64,000 nt of DNA from Lama glama (lineage: Eukaryota). Of the stretch, positions 51,460 through 64,000 are shown piece by piece; positions within the stretch are counted from its first letter, which is position 1, and each line of letters starts with the position of its first letter. The stretch covers positions 12,402,001 to 12,466,000 of the forward strand of contig CM052832.1 in NCBI GenBank assembly GCA_028534125.1, read 5' to 3'. Made by a program: the position numbers and the translations under genes. The notes beneath the pieces were generated by a model. That model was not told where the DNA came from. It saw only the letters and a program-made list of their open reading frames with translations, and did not search any database.

Positions 51460-51650
51460 ATAAGCTAACATTTACTGGGCACTTACTACATATTGTTTTA
51501 CGCACAGTATCTTAAATCATCACAGCAAACTAAGTCTTATTTCTACCCTCATTTTCCAGATGAAAAAGCTGAGGAGCAGAGTATAACTTGCCCAAGAACC
51601 AGAGTAAATTAATACGTCTGACCTCTGAACTGAAACTTTTAACTACTAAG
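51460..51650 (-). mobile_element. MIR SINE
   Basis: 'gctaacattttactgggcacttacta...cattttccagatgaaaaagctgagg...taacttgcccaaga'. Confidence 0.8.
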
Positions 51651-52634
51651 CCGGAGTCTTGAAAACAATCAAAGGTAGGAAGAGGAAACAGTCAACTTAC
51701 TTAGAAATGACAGGATCAAGTATCCCTGAATGCATGATGGACAAGTTGGTGTTTGTTGAACACAAGTATTTTAGCCTAGACTCCATCATGTCCAAGAGAG
51801 AGAATAAAGCCTTTTAACCTACCCCATGTAAAGACAGACTGAGTGGTCACAAGAATACATCTCTCAGGGAGCCAAAAGCAGAACCTGAGTCACTGTCAGA
51901 AACGAAAGCAAAAGCTGGCTGTCTGTCTCTCTCAGAGGCTGTGCAGTCACTGATATTATGCATGCTTCTGCTTTGTTCTCTCTGCCCAGGGCTTCCTCTG
52001 CTTCACCCTCCACACATACCTGCCCATCACTATTTAAATTTCCCTTTGCTTCTCTTAGATGTTTACATTTTTCCACAGAGCCATACAGGTCAGAGGTTAA
52101 AGTTTGGCTACCTCATGAATCTGGCACCTCTTCTGGTCCAGTAGGTTGGTATAGTGGTCAAGTGACAGAAAACCAGGGTGAATAGCTAGGGTTCAGGACA
52201 GGACTCTAAAGTCCCTATTTCTTCTACTATATTATATTACCTGATCTTTGAGAAGATGGTAACAGTTCATAAGGCCTGAGGAAAGATACGGGCTCAAGGG
52301 TTTGTTTCATTTTGTAGGACTTCGGGAGAAGAAGATAGAGAAAAAAAACTGAGGAAAAAAGAGAAGAATGGAACAGAAGGAAAAACAGAATTCAACAGGA
52401 AAAATAAGATACAGAAAGGATTTTAATGTATGAATCACTGGCCCAAGTCAAAAACAGTCAACAATTATTTCCGGAAAAGTAGGATGAGTAAGATAACAGA
52501 TCTCCTGAGAATCTGAAGAAAGTACAGGAAAACATACATTTATATATCCATCTTATGTACCATATGTTATCAACTAATCCTGTTGCAGTATCATAGAGTA
52601 CTATATCCAATAGAGAGATCTTAGATAGAAAGGT

Positions 52635-53219
52635 GTTTTTGTTTTTTCTTTTAAATTGAAGTACAGTCAGTTTACAATATTGCATCAATTTCTGGTGTAC
52701 AGAATAATGTTTTGGTCATACATGTACATACATAACTTTTCATATTCTCTTTCATTATAAGTTACTACAAGATACTGAACATAGTTTCCTGTGCTATAGA
52801 GTAGAAACTTGTTTATCTATTTTATATATAGTAGTTAGTATCTGGAAATCTCAAACTCCCAATATATCCTTTCCCACCCCTTTTCCCCCCTGGTAACCAT
52901 AAGTTTGTTTTCTATATCTGTGAGTCTGTGTCTGTTTTGTAAATAAGTTCATTTGTGTCTTTTTTAAAGATGCCACATATAAGTGATACCATATGGTATT
53001 TTTCTTTCTCGTTCTGGCTTACTTCCTTTAGAATGACGATCTTCAGGTCCATCCATGTTGCAGCAAATGGCATTATTTTATTCTTTTTATGGCTGAGCAG
53101 TATTCCATTGTGTATATATACCATAGCTTCTTTATCCAGTCATCTGTCGATGGACATTTAGGTTGTTTCCATGTCTTGGCTATTATAAATAGTGCTATGA
53201 ACATTGGGGTGAATGTATC
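52635..53219 (-). mobile_element. Young L1 3' end (ORF2 C-terminus plus 3'UTR) with a 12-bp TSD
   Basis: ORF 52912-53124 contains IMPFAATWMDLKIVIL (ORF2 end). TSD AGATAGAAAGGT at 52623-52634 and 53220-53231. Confidence 0.9.
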
Positions 53220-53819
53220 AGATAGAAAGGTTTGACACCTAGATCAATAAAACAATCTTAAGTTCTAGATTCTGAGGCAAAAAGACCAGAGAGTCAAAGA
53301 AAAGGAAGGACTTGAGAGGAAAGGTTCCACATTCAGAAGCAGACTATAAAACTTCACAGGCAAAGCTTTTGGTATTGTTGGTGAAGCAGGAGGGAAATCT
53401 AAAAACTAGAAATCAGCCATGACTTTAACTTTTAAAAAAGAGGGAGTATAGGCTCTTGGGGCACATGAGTGTCATTTAACGTGGAGATCAGTAAAAATGT
53501 TAGTAAGAGTAGTTTCCATAGCTAGAATGAAATCAACAAGTAAATGAATATGGTGGTCTTTTCTAAATTTCTAAATAAAGGGAAGGTCTGCACATGGGAA
53601 GGTAGCTACAAGGTTCTGAGATGGTTGTGTGACTATTAGCAATATATATACATGCCACAAGGATACAACTCATAGAGAATGAGCTGTTCCACAAAACGGA
53701 GGAAGTGCTCAGGCTCAGGGAAACATCACTGGTGGCACTCCCCATCACTGTCCAGAAGTGCAAGGTGTATGTGAATGAGTGCTGGCAACAAAGACCTGAA
53801 ACATTTGTCACACTCAATA

Positions 53820-53985
53820 TCTGGCATTCTAGGATTTAACACTTGTGGTTTCAAGGTTTGCTACAAGTAATAAGTTATTTTGCTGAGTATGAATTTAAAT
53901 TGTGTTGCAGGATAGCTGTGCAGGCATGAGTTACTTGGCAGATCAGTGAGCCTAAGCAGACCAGCTCAATGTGATTTAACAGTTT
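53820..53985. mobile_element. Ancient TcMar-Tigger fragment (Tigger15a-like)
   Basis: 'ttttgctgagtatgaatttaaatt...gagttacttggcagatcagtgagcctaag'. Confidence 0.45.
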
Positions 53986-54058
53986 TTATTTCACACAGGA
54001 TCTCAAGTAATTCTCAACAACTGTGAGAGGTATGGTACTATCACCCACACATATAGCT

Positions 54059-54231
54059 AAGGAAGGAAGGAAAGAAGGGAGGGAGGGAGAGAGAGGAAAG
54101 GAAGGGAAAAGGAAAAGGAAAAGGGAAGGGAAGGGAAGGAAAAGAGAAAGGAGAAGAAAAGAAAAAAGGGAAAGAAAAGAAAAAAGAAGGAAAAGGAAAA
54201 AGAAAGAAAAAGAAAGAAAAAGAAAAAAAGA
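54059..54231. repeat. Uninterrupted purine (GA-rich) low-complexity tract, about 170 bp
   Basis: GGAA/GAAAA units with no pyrimidine on +. Confidence 0.95.
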
Positions 54232-54319
54232 CATGCTACACTAGTATCTTGAAGGTTTCAGAATATGTCTCCCACAAATTTCAAAGGTGTACCATACTGC
54301 TACTTCAATGCATTTGCCT

Positions 54320-54410
54320 AATCTCCCCAATGAAACTTTAAGGTCTTTGAGAGTAAGGACTATATATACACTTCTCCCTACAGTGCTTAACGTAGAGCAA
54401 TAAACAGAGA
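54320..54410 (+). mobile_element. L2 3' tail
   Basis: 'taaggtctttgagagtaaggacta...acagtgcttaacgtagagcaataaa'. Confidence 0.6.
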
Positions 54411-56289
54411 AGATGCAATTTACTTCCACATAGCATGTCTTTGCAAATTTCAGAGGCTCAGGTTATAAGTGTTCTCCCTCAGAAAGAAACAGTTTAAGCT
54501 TAAATTGAAGACCTGAAGAATTTGCCTCTATTTGGTCTCAGTTTAATTCTAGATCTGGAAGATAAAAGTTACCCCAGTGTAATGGAAAGATATAACCAGG
54601 AAGCAGTTCCAGAAAATGCTCATTTATATAAAGTAAGGATCACAAGGATAAGGTCTTTTAGTAAGGTCCTATAGTGTTCACATCAGATTCTCATATATTC
54701 AACTATTTGTATTTATATTTGACAATTTGTGTGACATTATTACCATTTCTATCCATAATGTGCTTCCATATTATTCAAATGGTGACACTACACAAACGAA
54801 AACACCACCACAGTAAAAAAATAAAATGAAATAAAAGTTAACTGCTTACGGCTGTAATTATTTTTTTAAGTCAAGAATGTTTTTTAACATTGTGCACATA
54901 TGTACACAATAGTAGGACAGAATTCACAGATCTGAAGCCATTTATGTGACTCCAATGGTAACATTTCTATCTTGATGAAATCAGGCTAAATGCATTTATA
55001 GAAAACCATTACTATTGTGGAGAAATTGCACTGATAACACTGAAACAAAACTTGCTGTTGCCACACATTAATGTCACAGAGCTAGATTGAAGCCTGATTT
55101 ATTGACCACTGTATTGTGTTAGGCTATGTTGCATCATCGTGGTCAGAAGTGCAGCACAAAACAAAGCCCTGCATTTAAGAGAATTCTGAAAGTGAAAAGG
55201 GCTGCCAAGAATACCTTACCTCGGTACTTATTCCATCTCTACTCTCCATGGACTTAGCTCTAATTTACTTCTTCACCAAGTAATACCTTCACTGAAGCCT
55301 ATGAATGGGTACTGAACCTGAGGATGACTGGTGCTAAGATCTATGGCAGAATTTTGGTTCCTTTAACCCTTTAACCATTTTTGTACATTAGAATAAAACT
55401 CAAGACTTCAGTTTGCAGACACAAACACCTTAAAGCTTGGGAAATACATGAAGCAAACTTCGGAGAGGCATTTACCATAATTCACAGGTACTTCTATGGA
55501 AATTTACCTTTGTAAAATATAAGTAATGTAAACATAAGGTACATGTGCCCATCTAGGTGTCTTGAAAAGCCAGGCAAGGCTTCTTAAAAGTCAAAAGTGT
55601 GGAAGAGCTGATATATATACTGATTCCAAACTTTACTGTTAGAACCGTATCAGTTCAATTTTTTTTCTAAATAAAAATCAAATCAAGTGCTCAGTACCTT
55701 AGATCAAATATTTAGCTTCCAGGATTACTGGTGATAGCAGTATAGCATTATAAAAGTATATATCATTTACATATAATGGTTTAGAGTAGATCTAAAGTAA
55801 TTTTTCAAAAATTTTATTTTTATATTGAAAACTTACAGATCTAGACAGACACCAATAAAGAATAAACACAAACATCAGAATAATATTTTATGGCTACCAT
55901 CCTGTCCACAATCATGAATTTTTTCTCAAGAAAAACTAAAACTAAAAATTTAATTTTGTTCTCTATCACACTGACCTGGTCCAGTCTCCCTATGTGATTT
56001 GTATACAAGATTTTTGGATTACATATAGTGAAACAAATCATAGACTATAAACACCCTACATGTTACTCTTTATGTCTCCAAAGGCATTTGAATAAATTAT
56101 TCCACTAGGAATATTTATCAGTCATGAAGCATTTCCTTGTAATTTCAGTCAAGTTTGCAATAAAGCTAACATATGAAAACAAAGACAAGTTTCCTAGATC
56201 ACATTTCCTTGACAACAACTAAAGGTAGAGTTCTGTCACATTCCTTCGGTAGAAAGTAGCTAGCAACTATATTTTCATTACATTTGTTT

Positions 56290-56622
56290 TCTTTTCCCAG
56301 CTTTATTAAGATATAATTGACAAAAATTATATATAGTTAAGGTATACAACAAATATGTTTACACACACACACACTGTAAAATGATTACCTGCATCATAGT
56401 TACCATTTTTTGCGTGTGGTGAGAATATTTAAGATCTACTCTCTTAGCAAATTTCAAGTGTATAATACAGTATTATTAACTGTAGACACCAGAATATTTT
56501 CATCAGGTAAGTGAAAAGTTTGTTACCCTTGGACGGATATCTCACATTTCTCCCACCCTACCCCTAACCCACTGTGAACCATTTTTCTACTCTGTTTCTG
56601 TGAGTTTGACTTTTCTAGATTC
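56290..56622 (-). mobile_element. L1MA (L1MA9-like) 3' end
   Basis: 'cccagctttattaagatataattgaca...aagatctactctcttagcaaatttcaagtgtataatacagtattattaac'. Confidence 0.85.
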
Positions 56623-56649
56623 AGTTTACTAGGTGTCTTACAAATTTTT

Positions 56650-56810
56650 TTGATCCTAATCAAAGCCCTGTATGGCAGGTTATCACCATCTTCACTAAGC
56701 ACAAGAGCAAACTGAGACTCAGAGATTTAAGTCATTTGTCCAAGGTCACAAAATGAACAAAAGGAGAGTTGAAACTCAATGGAAAAAACTGATGCCAAGT
56801 CCAGAGCATC
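56650..56810 (-). mobile_element. MIR SINE
   Basis: 'aaactgagactcagagatttaagtcatttgtccaaggtcaca'. Confidence 0.8.
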
Positions 56811-57305
56811 TGACCAAGGATATAAGACATAGTGAAATGTTTCTACTAGAATTGGCAGGTGATGGAAAATTATTCATGTTCCTCCAGGAAAAAATTATTT
56901 TGGTTTTTCCTGAAAGAGGGTAAACTTGCTTAATACATGACAGATACACTGTAAGACTGAATCATCCCAAACAGTCAACAATTCTGATGCCTCCAGAGCT
57001 GAAAGGTAGCAAAAAACAAGTGGCCAGGAAAGGAATTCAGGAAAGTCATGGGTCACTTCAGATTTCTGAAATGAGTACATTTTCTTTCTTAATATCCCTA
57101 AAAACTCAGGGTTTTTCAGGCTGCCACAGGCTTATTTTAAGGACCTCTAGGAAGGGAAATTCCACAATCATCAGTCTACTCTCAACAATCTTCACCATCA
57201 TGAAGGACTGTCCGTTTCCACAATTACTTCCTCCTTCCTCACCACTCTTTCCCTCTTTAATCAGGCTTCCACATCTACCACTCTTAATGAGACTAATCTA
57301 AAAAA

Positions 57306-57465
57306 ACAGATTTCTTGACTTGCACATAGGTGTTTCAAAGAAATTTATAAACCCACTATAAAATGTGTGCAAAACCATGAGCACATGTATATTTTTCTGA
57401 GAGACGCATCCATAGTTTTCATCAGATTTTCCAAGGTATGTGACCTCAAAAGGATAAAAAATGCT
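57306..57465. mobile_element. Charlie4z-like hAT MITE
   Basis: 'tatttttctgagagacgcatccatagttttcatcagattttccaagg...gtgacctcaaaagg'. Confidence 0.7.
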
Positions 57466-57723
57466 CTTTAAGGTCACAAATGACAATATTGTGCATTAAT
57501 TCTGATAATCATTACTTGGTTATTCAGTTTTCTCTGTGCCTCACTTGATAACAATTATTACCCAAAGTTGAAATCCTGAAATATTTCCTTTCTAGAATCT
57601 GTATCACTGGTATCATTTAGTGATTAGTGCTCACCATCTCAGACTTCTAACATTTTGTTTCTTTTTCCTCCCCCATGAATCTGAGCACTCCTTCTGTGCT
57701 CTCTATATTCACTTCCCTAAGTT

Positions 57724-57905
57724 AGTGATTCTTAAAATGTGATCCCTGACCAGCAGCAACAGCAGTTATCACCTAAAGATGTTAGACATGCAAGTCACTC
57801 CAGCCCCACGGTATGCCCAATAAATCAGAAACTCTAGGGGGTAGGGACCTATAATATGTGTTTTAACAGGTCCTGCAGGTGCATGTTCAAGTTGGAGAAC
57901 CATAG
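57724..57905. mobile_element. MER5A MITE
   Basis: 'agtgattcttaaaatgtgatccctgaccagcagca...aatcagaaactctagggg...tgtgttttaacagg...aagttggagaacca'. Confidence 0.8.
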
Positions 57906-58839
57906 CCCTGGGCACAAAAAAGCTTCAACTCTATTATTTGTCTTTAAAATATTTAATAGACATTAACTGCATGCAAGGACCTCACCTTAATTTGGCAACT
58001 TTCAAAAATGGATTTTACACCTTTCACACATTCCCAAATTCTGAGTTGCCTAAAGAACATACGCAATTCTTGCATTACCTCAAATTGAGTCCAAAACCAA
58101 ATTCATCAACAACCCTCCCCTCCACGACACCACACACACAAACACAAGCACAGGACACAAAATTTATGTATCATATTTAGTGGCTGAAAACCTCACAGTC
58201 TCATTTACTTATTCCTCTTTTTCCACATATAAATCTCAGTAAGAATTCATGGATTCTTTTATGCCAAAGTAATTTAGATTTACCCCTTGCTTTCCATTCT
58301 CATACCACCACCCCAATCTGGGACTTAACCTTATCTGCTGCACTAAGTCTAACTGGTAACCTCCCCAGAGTTAAGTGGCAGAGCCAGGAAATGAACCCAG
58401 AGACTATCTGACCCCAGAATTCAAGCTCTCATTCGCTAAGCTATATTGCTTCCTTGGAGTAAATCAATAAACTAGTATCATTTAACTCTCTACTTAAGAT
58501 CCTAAACATCTTCTAATAGTACCTAAGTCACACTCATTACTTTCACACTCACAGCCAAAACACCTATTTCACTGATGTATCCACCAATTTCTTCCTGTGA
58601 TCCAACACTGAGTCCTTCTACACTAGGGCTCTCCATTTCCTTAAAAGCCCCCAAACAATGCATTTCTGTTTAGTGCAGCAGGAATGGCATATATATCAAT
58701 AAAGTAAATGCCAATGTAAATTTTCAGGACAGCAGAAAGTCCCCAAAAACCAATCAAATTTTGATTCATTTGAGATTCTCTCTCAGAACTAAACAACAAA
58801 TACTTTCCTACTAATTCTATAAAGCTTATCTAGAGAACT

Positions 58840-59650
58840 TCCACTTAGAAGAACAAATGGGATAAATAGGAGACAAATACCAAAATGACAGATTTAAACA
58901 TAATTCTAACAATAATCACACTAAATATAAATGATCTAAATACCCCCAATTAAAAGCAAAGACTGTCACAGTAAAGAAGCAAAAACTATATATGCTTCCT
59001 ACAAAAACTGTATGTATTGCTTCCTACAAGAAATGCATTTTAAACATAAACATACAGAGATCAAAAGTAAAGAACTAAAAATGTCATACCATGTTAAGAG
59101 TAATCTAAAGAAAGCTAGAGTGGCTAAATTAATCTCCAAGTAAATTTCAAAACAATATTACCTAGGATAAAGATAATCATTTCATAGTGACAAAAGGATC
59201 AATTCATAAATCCTAAACATTTGTGTACCTAATAACAGAGCTTCAAAACACACAAAGCAAAGTGTGACAGAACTATAAGGGGAAAAAAAAATAAAAGAAA
59301 AATCCAAATTTATAGTCAGGTATTTCAATACCTCTCTCTCAACAACTGATAGAACAAACAAGCAAAAAAAAAAAACAAAAAACAAAATCACCAAAGACAT
59401 AGTAGACTTGAACAAATACTATCAACCAAATTGTCCTAAACTGACATTTATAGAACACACCACCCAACAACAGCAGGATGCATATTCTTCGCTAGTGCAC
59501 ACTAAACATTTACCAAGACAGATGATATACTGGGCCATAAAACAAGCCTCAGTAAGTATAAAAGAATTGCATTCATACAGAATTAATTTTCTGAATACAA
59601 GAGAAGTAAAACAGAAATAAGAGAAATAGCTCTGGGAAATACCCAGGAAA
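58840..59650 (+). mobile_element. Degenerate L1M ORF2 endonuclease-region fragment
   Basis: 'taatcacactaaatataaatgatctaaataccccaattaaaag'-like start, 'gtacctaataacagagcttcaaaa', 'ctgacatttatagaacacaccacccaacaacagcag'. Frameshifted. Confidence 0.85.
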
Positions 59651-59689
59651 GGAAAATAGAAAAGAAAGAAAAGGAAATACCATAGTATA

Positions 59690-60062
59690 CTGAAATTCTC
59701 CATAAGTCATAATGCATATACATCCATAATAATGTAAATACTAAAGAATAATCTAACCAAAAGTTGCATTATAAACATATTTGGAGTGGAAGGGGATGGG
59801 AGAATACTATATGAGAAAGCAATCATTTTATACATCATAACAAAAAGTAAAAATGCCTAAAAGTGATAAATCAAAAAGTAATAGTACACATTAATTATAG
59901 ATACACAGAGTATAAATTTAGAACAAACAGAAGAACTGAAAGTAGCTGCTTCTCGGGAAAACTGGAGGGAGTAGGGAGGGGTGGAGCATTTTGTTACATG
60001 CAATATTTTGACTATTTAAATTATGCACTTGTAGTACTTTGACAAAATAAATACTTTTAAAA
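59690..60062 (+). mobile_element. L1ME-like 3' end
   Basis: 'gaaagtagctgcttctcgggaa...ttttgactatttaaattatgcacttgtagtactttgacaaaataaa'. Confidence 0.6.
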
Positions 60063-60454
60063 GAGGCTTCATCTACATCACCTCATTTGATTACTAGTAA
60101 GAAAAAGGTATAAAGACCCTCATTTGACAAATGAGTTAACTGATACTCCAGGTTAAGTAGCTTGCTATTACACTTTCTTTGGTAACTATTTATGTAACAC
60201 TTAACATGGCATCACTTACACACATAAATAAAGGAGAAGAAAAAAACAAATTGTTTTCAGTTCTCCTTTTTACTTATTTCTGTAATACTTTTAGTTTTTA
60301 TTCTCTTCTACTGAAGAGCACTAGTTTATTGGTTGCAAAGAACAGGCATATTCACAATTAACTTCCTGTTAATAATGGATTTTTTAAAAGAAACTGGAAC
60401 AAAGATTGATTCTTGGCAAATGTGGAGAGTAAAACCCAAGATTAAATACTTCTT

Positions 60455-60752
60455 TTTGATCGTTATTTTTAATTATGGTAAAATACACATAATATCAAAT
60501 TTACCATCTCAACCATTTTAAGTGACAGTTCAGTGGCATTTTGTACATTCACACTATTGTGCAACCATCACCACCATAGATCTCCAGAACTTCTCACCCT
60601 ACCCTCTATCTAGTCCCTGACAACTACCATTCTACATTGTGTCTACAAATTTGACCACTCTAGGTACTTACGTAAGTAGAATCACAGTTATCTGTCCTTT
60701 TGTGACTGGCTTACTTTACTTGGTACAATGTCCTCAAGGTTAATCCATGTTA
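60455..60752 (-). mobile_element. L1MB-like 3' end
   Basis: 'aattatggtaaaatacacataa...tttaccatctcaaccattttaagtg...cattcacactattgtgcaaccatcaccacca'. Confidence 0.85.
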
Positions 60753-60943
60753 TACTTTTAAAACTAGCTTTTAAAGCAGTAAAAACCAATTTCTTTGATA
60801 ATGCTGTGAGAAATTAAAGCACCAATGAATTTAAAAGATACTATTTAAAATAAATTAATGCCTCCCTCTCCCCAAACAATGATCAGGGCACAAAAAAATA
60901 AAAGAGTTAACGTCACAATTTTAAACTATCGCAAAAGGGCTTC

Positions 60944-61443
60944 NNNNNNNNNNNNNNNNNNNNNNNNNNNNNNNNNNNNNNNNNNNNNNNNNNNNNNNNN
61001 NNNNNNNNNNNNNNNNNNNNNNNNNNNNNNNNNNNNNNNNNNNNNNNNNNNNNNNNNNNNNNNNNNNNNNNNNNNNNNNNNNNNNNNNNNNNNNNNNNNN
61101 NNNNNNNNNNNNNNNNNNNNNNNNNNNNNNNNNNNNNNNNNNNNNNNNNNNNNNNNNNNNNNNNNNNNNNNNNNNNNNNNNNNNNNNNNNNNNNNNNNNN
61201 NNNNNNNNNNNNNNNNNNNNNNNNNNNNNNNNNNNNNNNNNNNNNNNNNNNNNNNNNNNNNNNNNNNNNNNNNNNNNNNNNNNNNNNNNNNNNNNNNNNN
61301 NNNNNNNNNNNNNNNNNNNNNNNNNNNNNNNNNNNNNNNNNNNNNNNNNNNNNNNNNNNNNNNNNNNNNNNNNNNNNNNNNNNNNNNNNNNNNNNNNNNN
61401 NNNNNNNNNNNNNNNNNNNNNNNNNNNNNNNNNNNNNNNNNNN
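60944..61443. other. Assembly gap, exactly 500 N
   Basis: Directly visible. Confidence 1.
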
Positions 61444-61461
61444 GTGTGTGTGTGTGTGTGT
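61444..61461. repeat. (GT)n microsatellite cut by the gap
   Basis: Directly visible at the contig edge. Confidence 0.9.
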
Positions 61462-62669
61462 ATCTTGGGTTGAGAATAAGAAAAAAATCTATAATAGACT
61501 TTTGTCAAGTTCAGGGGGGTTTAAAGCACTAATGATGTAGAAATCATTTTTAGGATATTTTAGTGACTCTTTAATTGCTACATGGAATATATCTCATATA
61601 TAATGCAAGCTTCATGTCTAAGAAATTTTTAAGATTAAAAAAACTGTAATCAATGTATCTTAAAGGATACTGGTGTGCATGCACCTGCACAAAGCTGTCT
61701 ACTCTACCAAATCTATCAAACAATTAATAAACTTAACTTTGCAAAACAATCGGCAAATGAATTAACAGATGGTAAACAGAAAAACGCATACAATCCCTTA
61801 TAAATATTCAAAAAAAAGTGTTGTTGCCACTTTGTTAAAGATTTCTTTCTGGTACCATCTTCAAGATTACTAACACAGCATAGTTACAATGGAAAAAGAA
61901 ACAAACTGAGGCTGAAAGAAGCACCTACGAGATGGAAAAACACATCACTTTACCCCCACCAGCTCAGTTTACTCTGAAACTCATCCAATAGACATCTGGA
62001 ATAAGCACCAGTGTTTTAGACAATGAAAGGCTCCAAGATATCTTCCAATCAAATATTCTATGATCATCATTTCCCAATACCACATGATTAATGGGGATTC
62101 AACACTTCCAGACTTCCTAAAAACAGTGTTACAAAACATTTATTATTTACACTGGGTAACTGAATGAGCATAGAAGAAATGAACAATCTATAGCTTTCAG
62201 CTGCCATTAGAAGTCTAGAATCTGTGTTAAAAGTATTTTTAAGAGAGACTTTTCCTGACACTAATCTGTGCTTCAAACATGGAGATTAACAGCTACTGCA
62301 TCTTGTACCATATGAGCCAAAGAAAACACCACTGTCACTTTATGCAAAGCTGGTAAATCCAGTGATTTCTGAGGATGTTAAATATTTTCAAAGTTATCTA
62401 TCTTAGCCTTGTTAGTTCAGCTACAGGTTAGAACAGTTAAGGAGAGGGCAGCAGCAGATTTAAGCCTTAACTGTCTTCATTCAGAAAATTGTTCAAACTT
62501 AAAATACTATCAGCCTGGGTGTTAATCTTCAAAAATGGAGTGTGGGGCCTTTAATAATATTATTATAATGACTTTCTCTTAAAATCATCAGTAAAAAAAA
62601 TTTTTTTTAAATCAGTAGGGCTTGAAACCTTTCATAGGACAGAGTTTAAAATGTGTAGGTTTAGTTTAA

Positions 62670-63666
62670 CTTATCTTTTCCCTTTTTTTAATTGAAGTAT
62701 AGTTGTTTTATAAGTTGTATTAGTTTCTAGTGTACAGCATGGTGACTCAGTTACACAAAGATATATACATATATATGTATATATACATACACACATATTC
62801 CTTTTCATATTCTTTTTCATTACAGGTTATTACAAGCCACTGAATATAGCTCCTTGTGCTATACGGAGGACCTTGTTGTTTATCCATTCTATACACAGTA
62901 GTTTGTATCTGCCAGTCCCAAACTCTCAATTTATCCCTCCCTCCCTTCTTCCCCCACTGATAGCCATAAGAAGTTTGTTTTCTGTGTCTGTGAGTCTCTT
63001 TCTGTGTTGTAGTTAAGTTCGTGTCATTTTTTCAGATTCCACATGTAAGTGGTATCATATTTCTCTTTCTCTGATTTCACTTTGATAATCTCTAGGTCCA
63101 TCCATGTTGCTGCCAATGACATGATTTCATTCTTTCTTATGGCTGAGTAGTATTCCATTATATGTATACATACATGCATACACATAAACACATGCACACA
63201 CACTACATTTTCTTTATCCATTCACCTGTTGATGAACATTTAGGCTGCTTCCATGTCTTGGCTATTGTAAAAACGGCTGCTATGAACACTGTGGTGTACA
63301 TATCTTTTCGAATTGGTTTTCTCCAGATATATGCCCAGGAGTGGGATTGCTGGATGATACAGTAACTCTATTTTTAGTTTTTTAAGGAACCACCATACTG
63401 TTCTCCATGATGGCTGCACCAATTTACATTCCCACCAACAGTGTAGGAGTTCTCTTTTCTCTATATCCTCTCCAGCATTTATTATTTGTAGACTTTTTGA
63501 TGATGGCCACTCTGACTGGAGTAAGATGATACCTCATTGTGGTTCTGATTTGCATTTCTCAAATAATTACTGATGTTAAGTATTTTTTCATGTGCCTGTT
63601 GACCATCCAGATGTCTTCTTCGGAGAAATGTTTAGATCTTCTGCCCATTTTTTGATTGGGTTGTTT
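62670..63666 (-). mobile_element. Artiodactyl/camelid L1, ORF2 C-terminus plus 3'UTR, 5'-truncated
   Basis: ORFs 63024-63221 (MEYYSAIRKNEIMSLAATWMDLE) and 63240-63422 (WRTVWWFLKKLKIELLYHPAIPLLGIY) are L1 ORF2. GTTTAGTTTA occurs on both flanks (possible TSD). Confidence 0.9.
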
Positions 63667-64000
63667 GTTTAGTTTAGCTGGTTTAGTTTAGTCTAATTAA
63701 ACTAGCTTCCTCTAGTACAGAACTCGTATTTTCAGAAACAATTTTTTTTCAACAGGGTATACCTACGTACTTTTTAATTGAATTATTCCATAGAAATGTA
63801 TTCCTCTTGTTCTCTCTTACTTATATGTTAATAAATGTTCAAATGTTGTCTAAACCCATTACCAAGTCTTTATATATATAACTTTCCCCTTGTCTACATT
63901 TCAATGCTTTTGATAAAGTCCTGTTTCTTCCTTCAAAATAAATCCTATGGAAATCAGAAAAAACATAAGCAACTTCATGCTTTCTTTGTGCCAATGCTGA

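Larger units (their letters stand above)
1..64000 (-). other. Probable interior of a large intron of an unidentified minus-strand gene; no coding exon identified
   Basis: Visual A>T excess on + in unique sequence, as expected from transcription-associated skew of a minus-strand unit. Several good splice signals on -. No CpG island or recognisable protein. Inference only. Confidence 0.5.

Noticed and set aside
51733..51790. 9-bp inverted repeat CATGATGGA/TCCATCATG
   Set aside because: Several 9-bp inverted repeats at this spacing are expected by chance in 64 kb; interior pairs poorly; no D box
53986..54244. K/R/E-rich and F/L/S-rich ORFs
   Set aside because: Translations of the GA-rich low-complexity tract
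60858..61532. ORFs of 195-224 aa
   Set aside because: Also N-gap artefacts
1..64000. CRISPR array, prokaryotic operon or defence system, endogenous virus, NUMT or processed pseudogene
   Set aside because: No repeat-spacer array, no long ORFs, and no recognisable LTR/gag/pol, mitochondrial or mRNA-derived sequence by eye; the content is ordinary mammalian non-coding DNA
1..64000. Naming the host gene
   Set aside because: No exon matched a protein I recognise; a BLASTN of unique blocks such as 42068-42440 is needed

Overview
AT-rich, CpG-depleted placental-mammal DNA, most likely camelid. The young L1 3' ends resemble the alpaca/camel L1 family as I recall it, and I see no Alu, Bov-tA/CHR, PRE-1 or Can-SINE copies. 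I could not identify any protein-coding exon, rRNA, tRNA or known ncRNA. The ORF-track entries are chance ORFs, L1 ORF2 relics, low-complexity runs or N-gap artefacts. An apparent A>T excess on + and several well-formed splice signals on - suggest the interior of a very large intron of a minus-strand gene that I cannot name. The window holds ancient repeats (MIR, L2, L1M, MER3/5/33/44/45/102, Charlie), a few younger L1 insertions with target-site duplications (TSDs), microsatellites and two 500-N scaffold gaps. Repeat family names come from my recall of consensus sequences, not a search, and old-repeat boundaries are approximate. I found no convincing novel biological system. The best leads are a CTCF site with its upstream motif (10125-10159), a CpG-retaining block holding a candidate 78-nt cassette exon (42068-42440), an apparently prematurely polyadenylated nested L1 (23054-24793), candidate recursive splice sites, and a compact C/D-box motif set (17201-17255).
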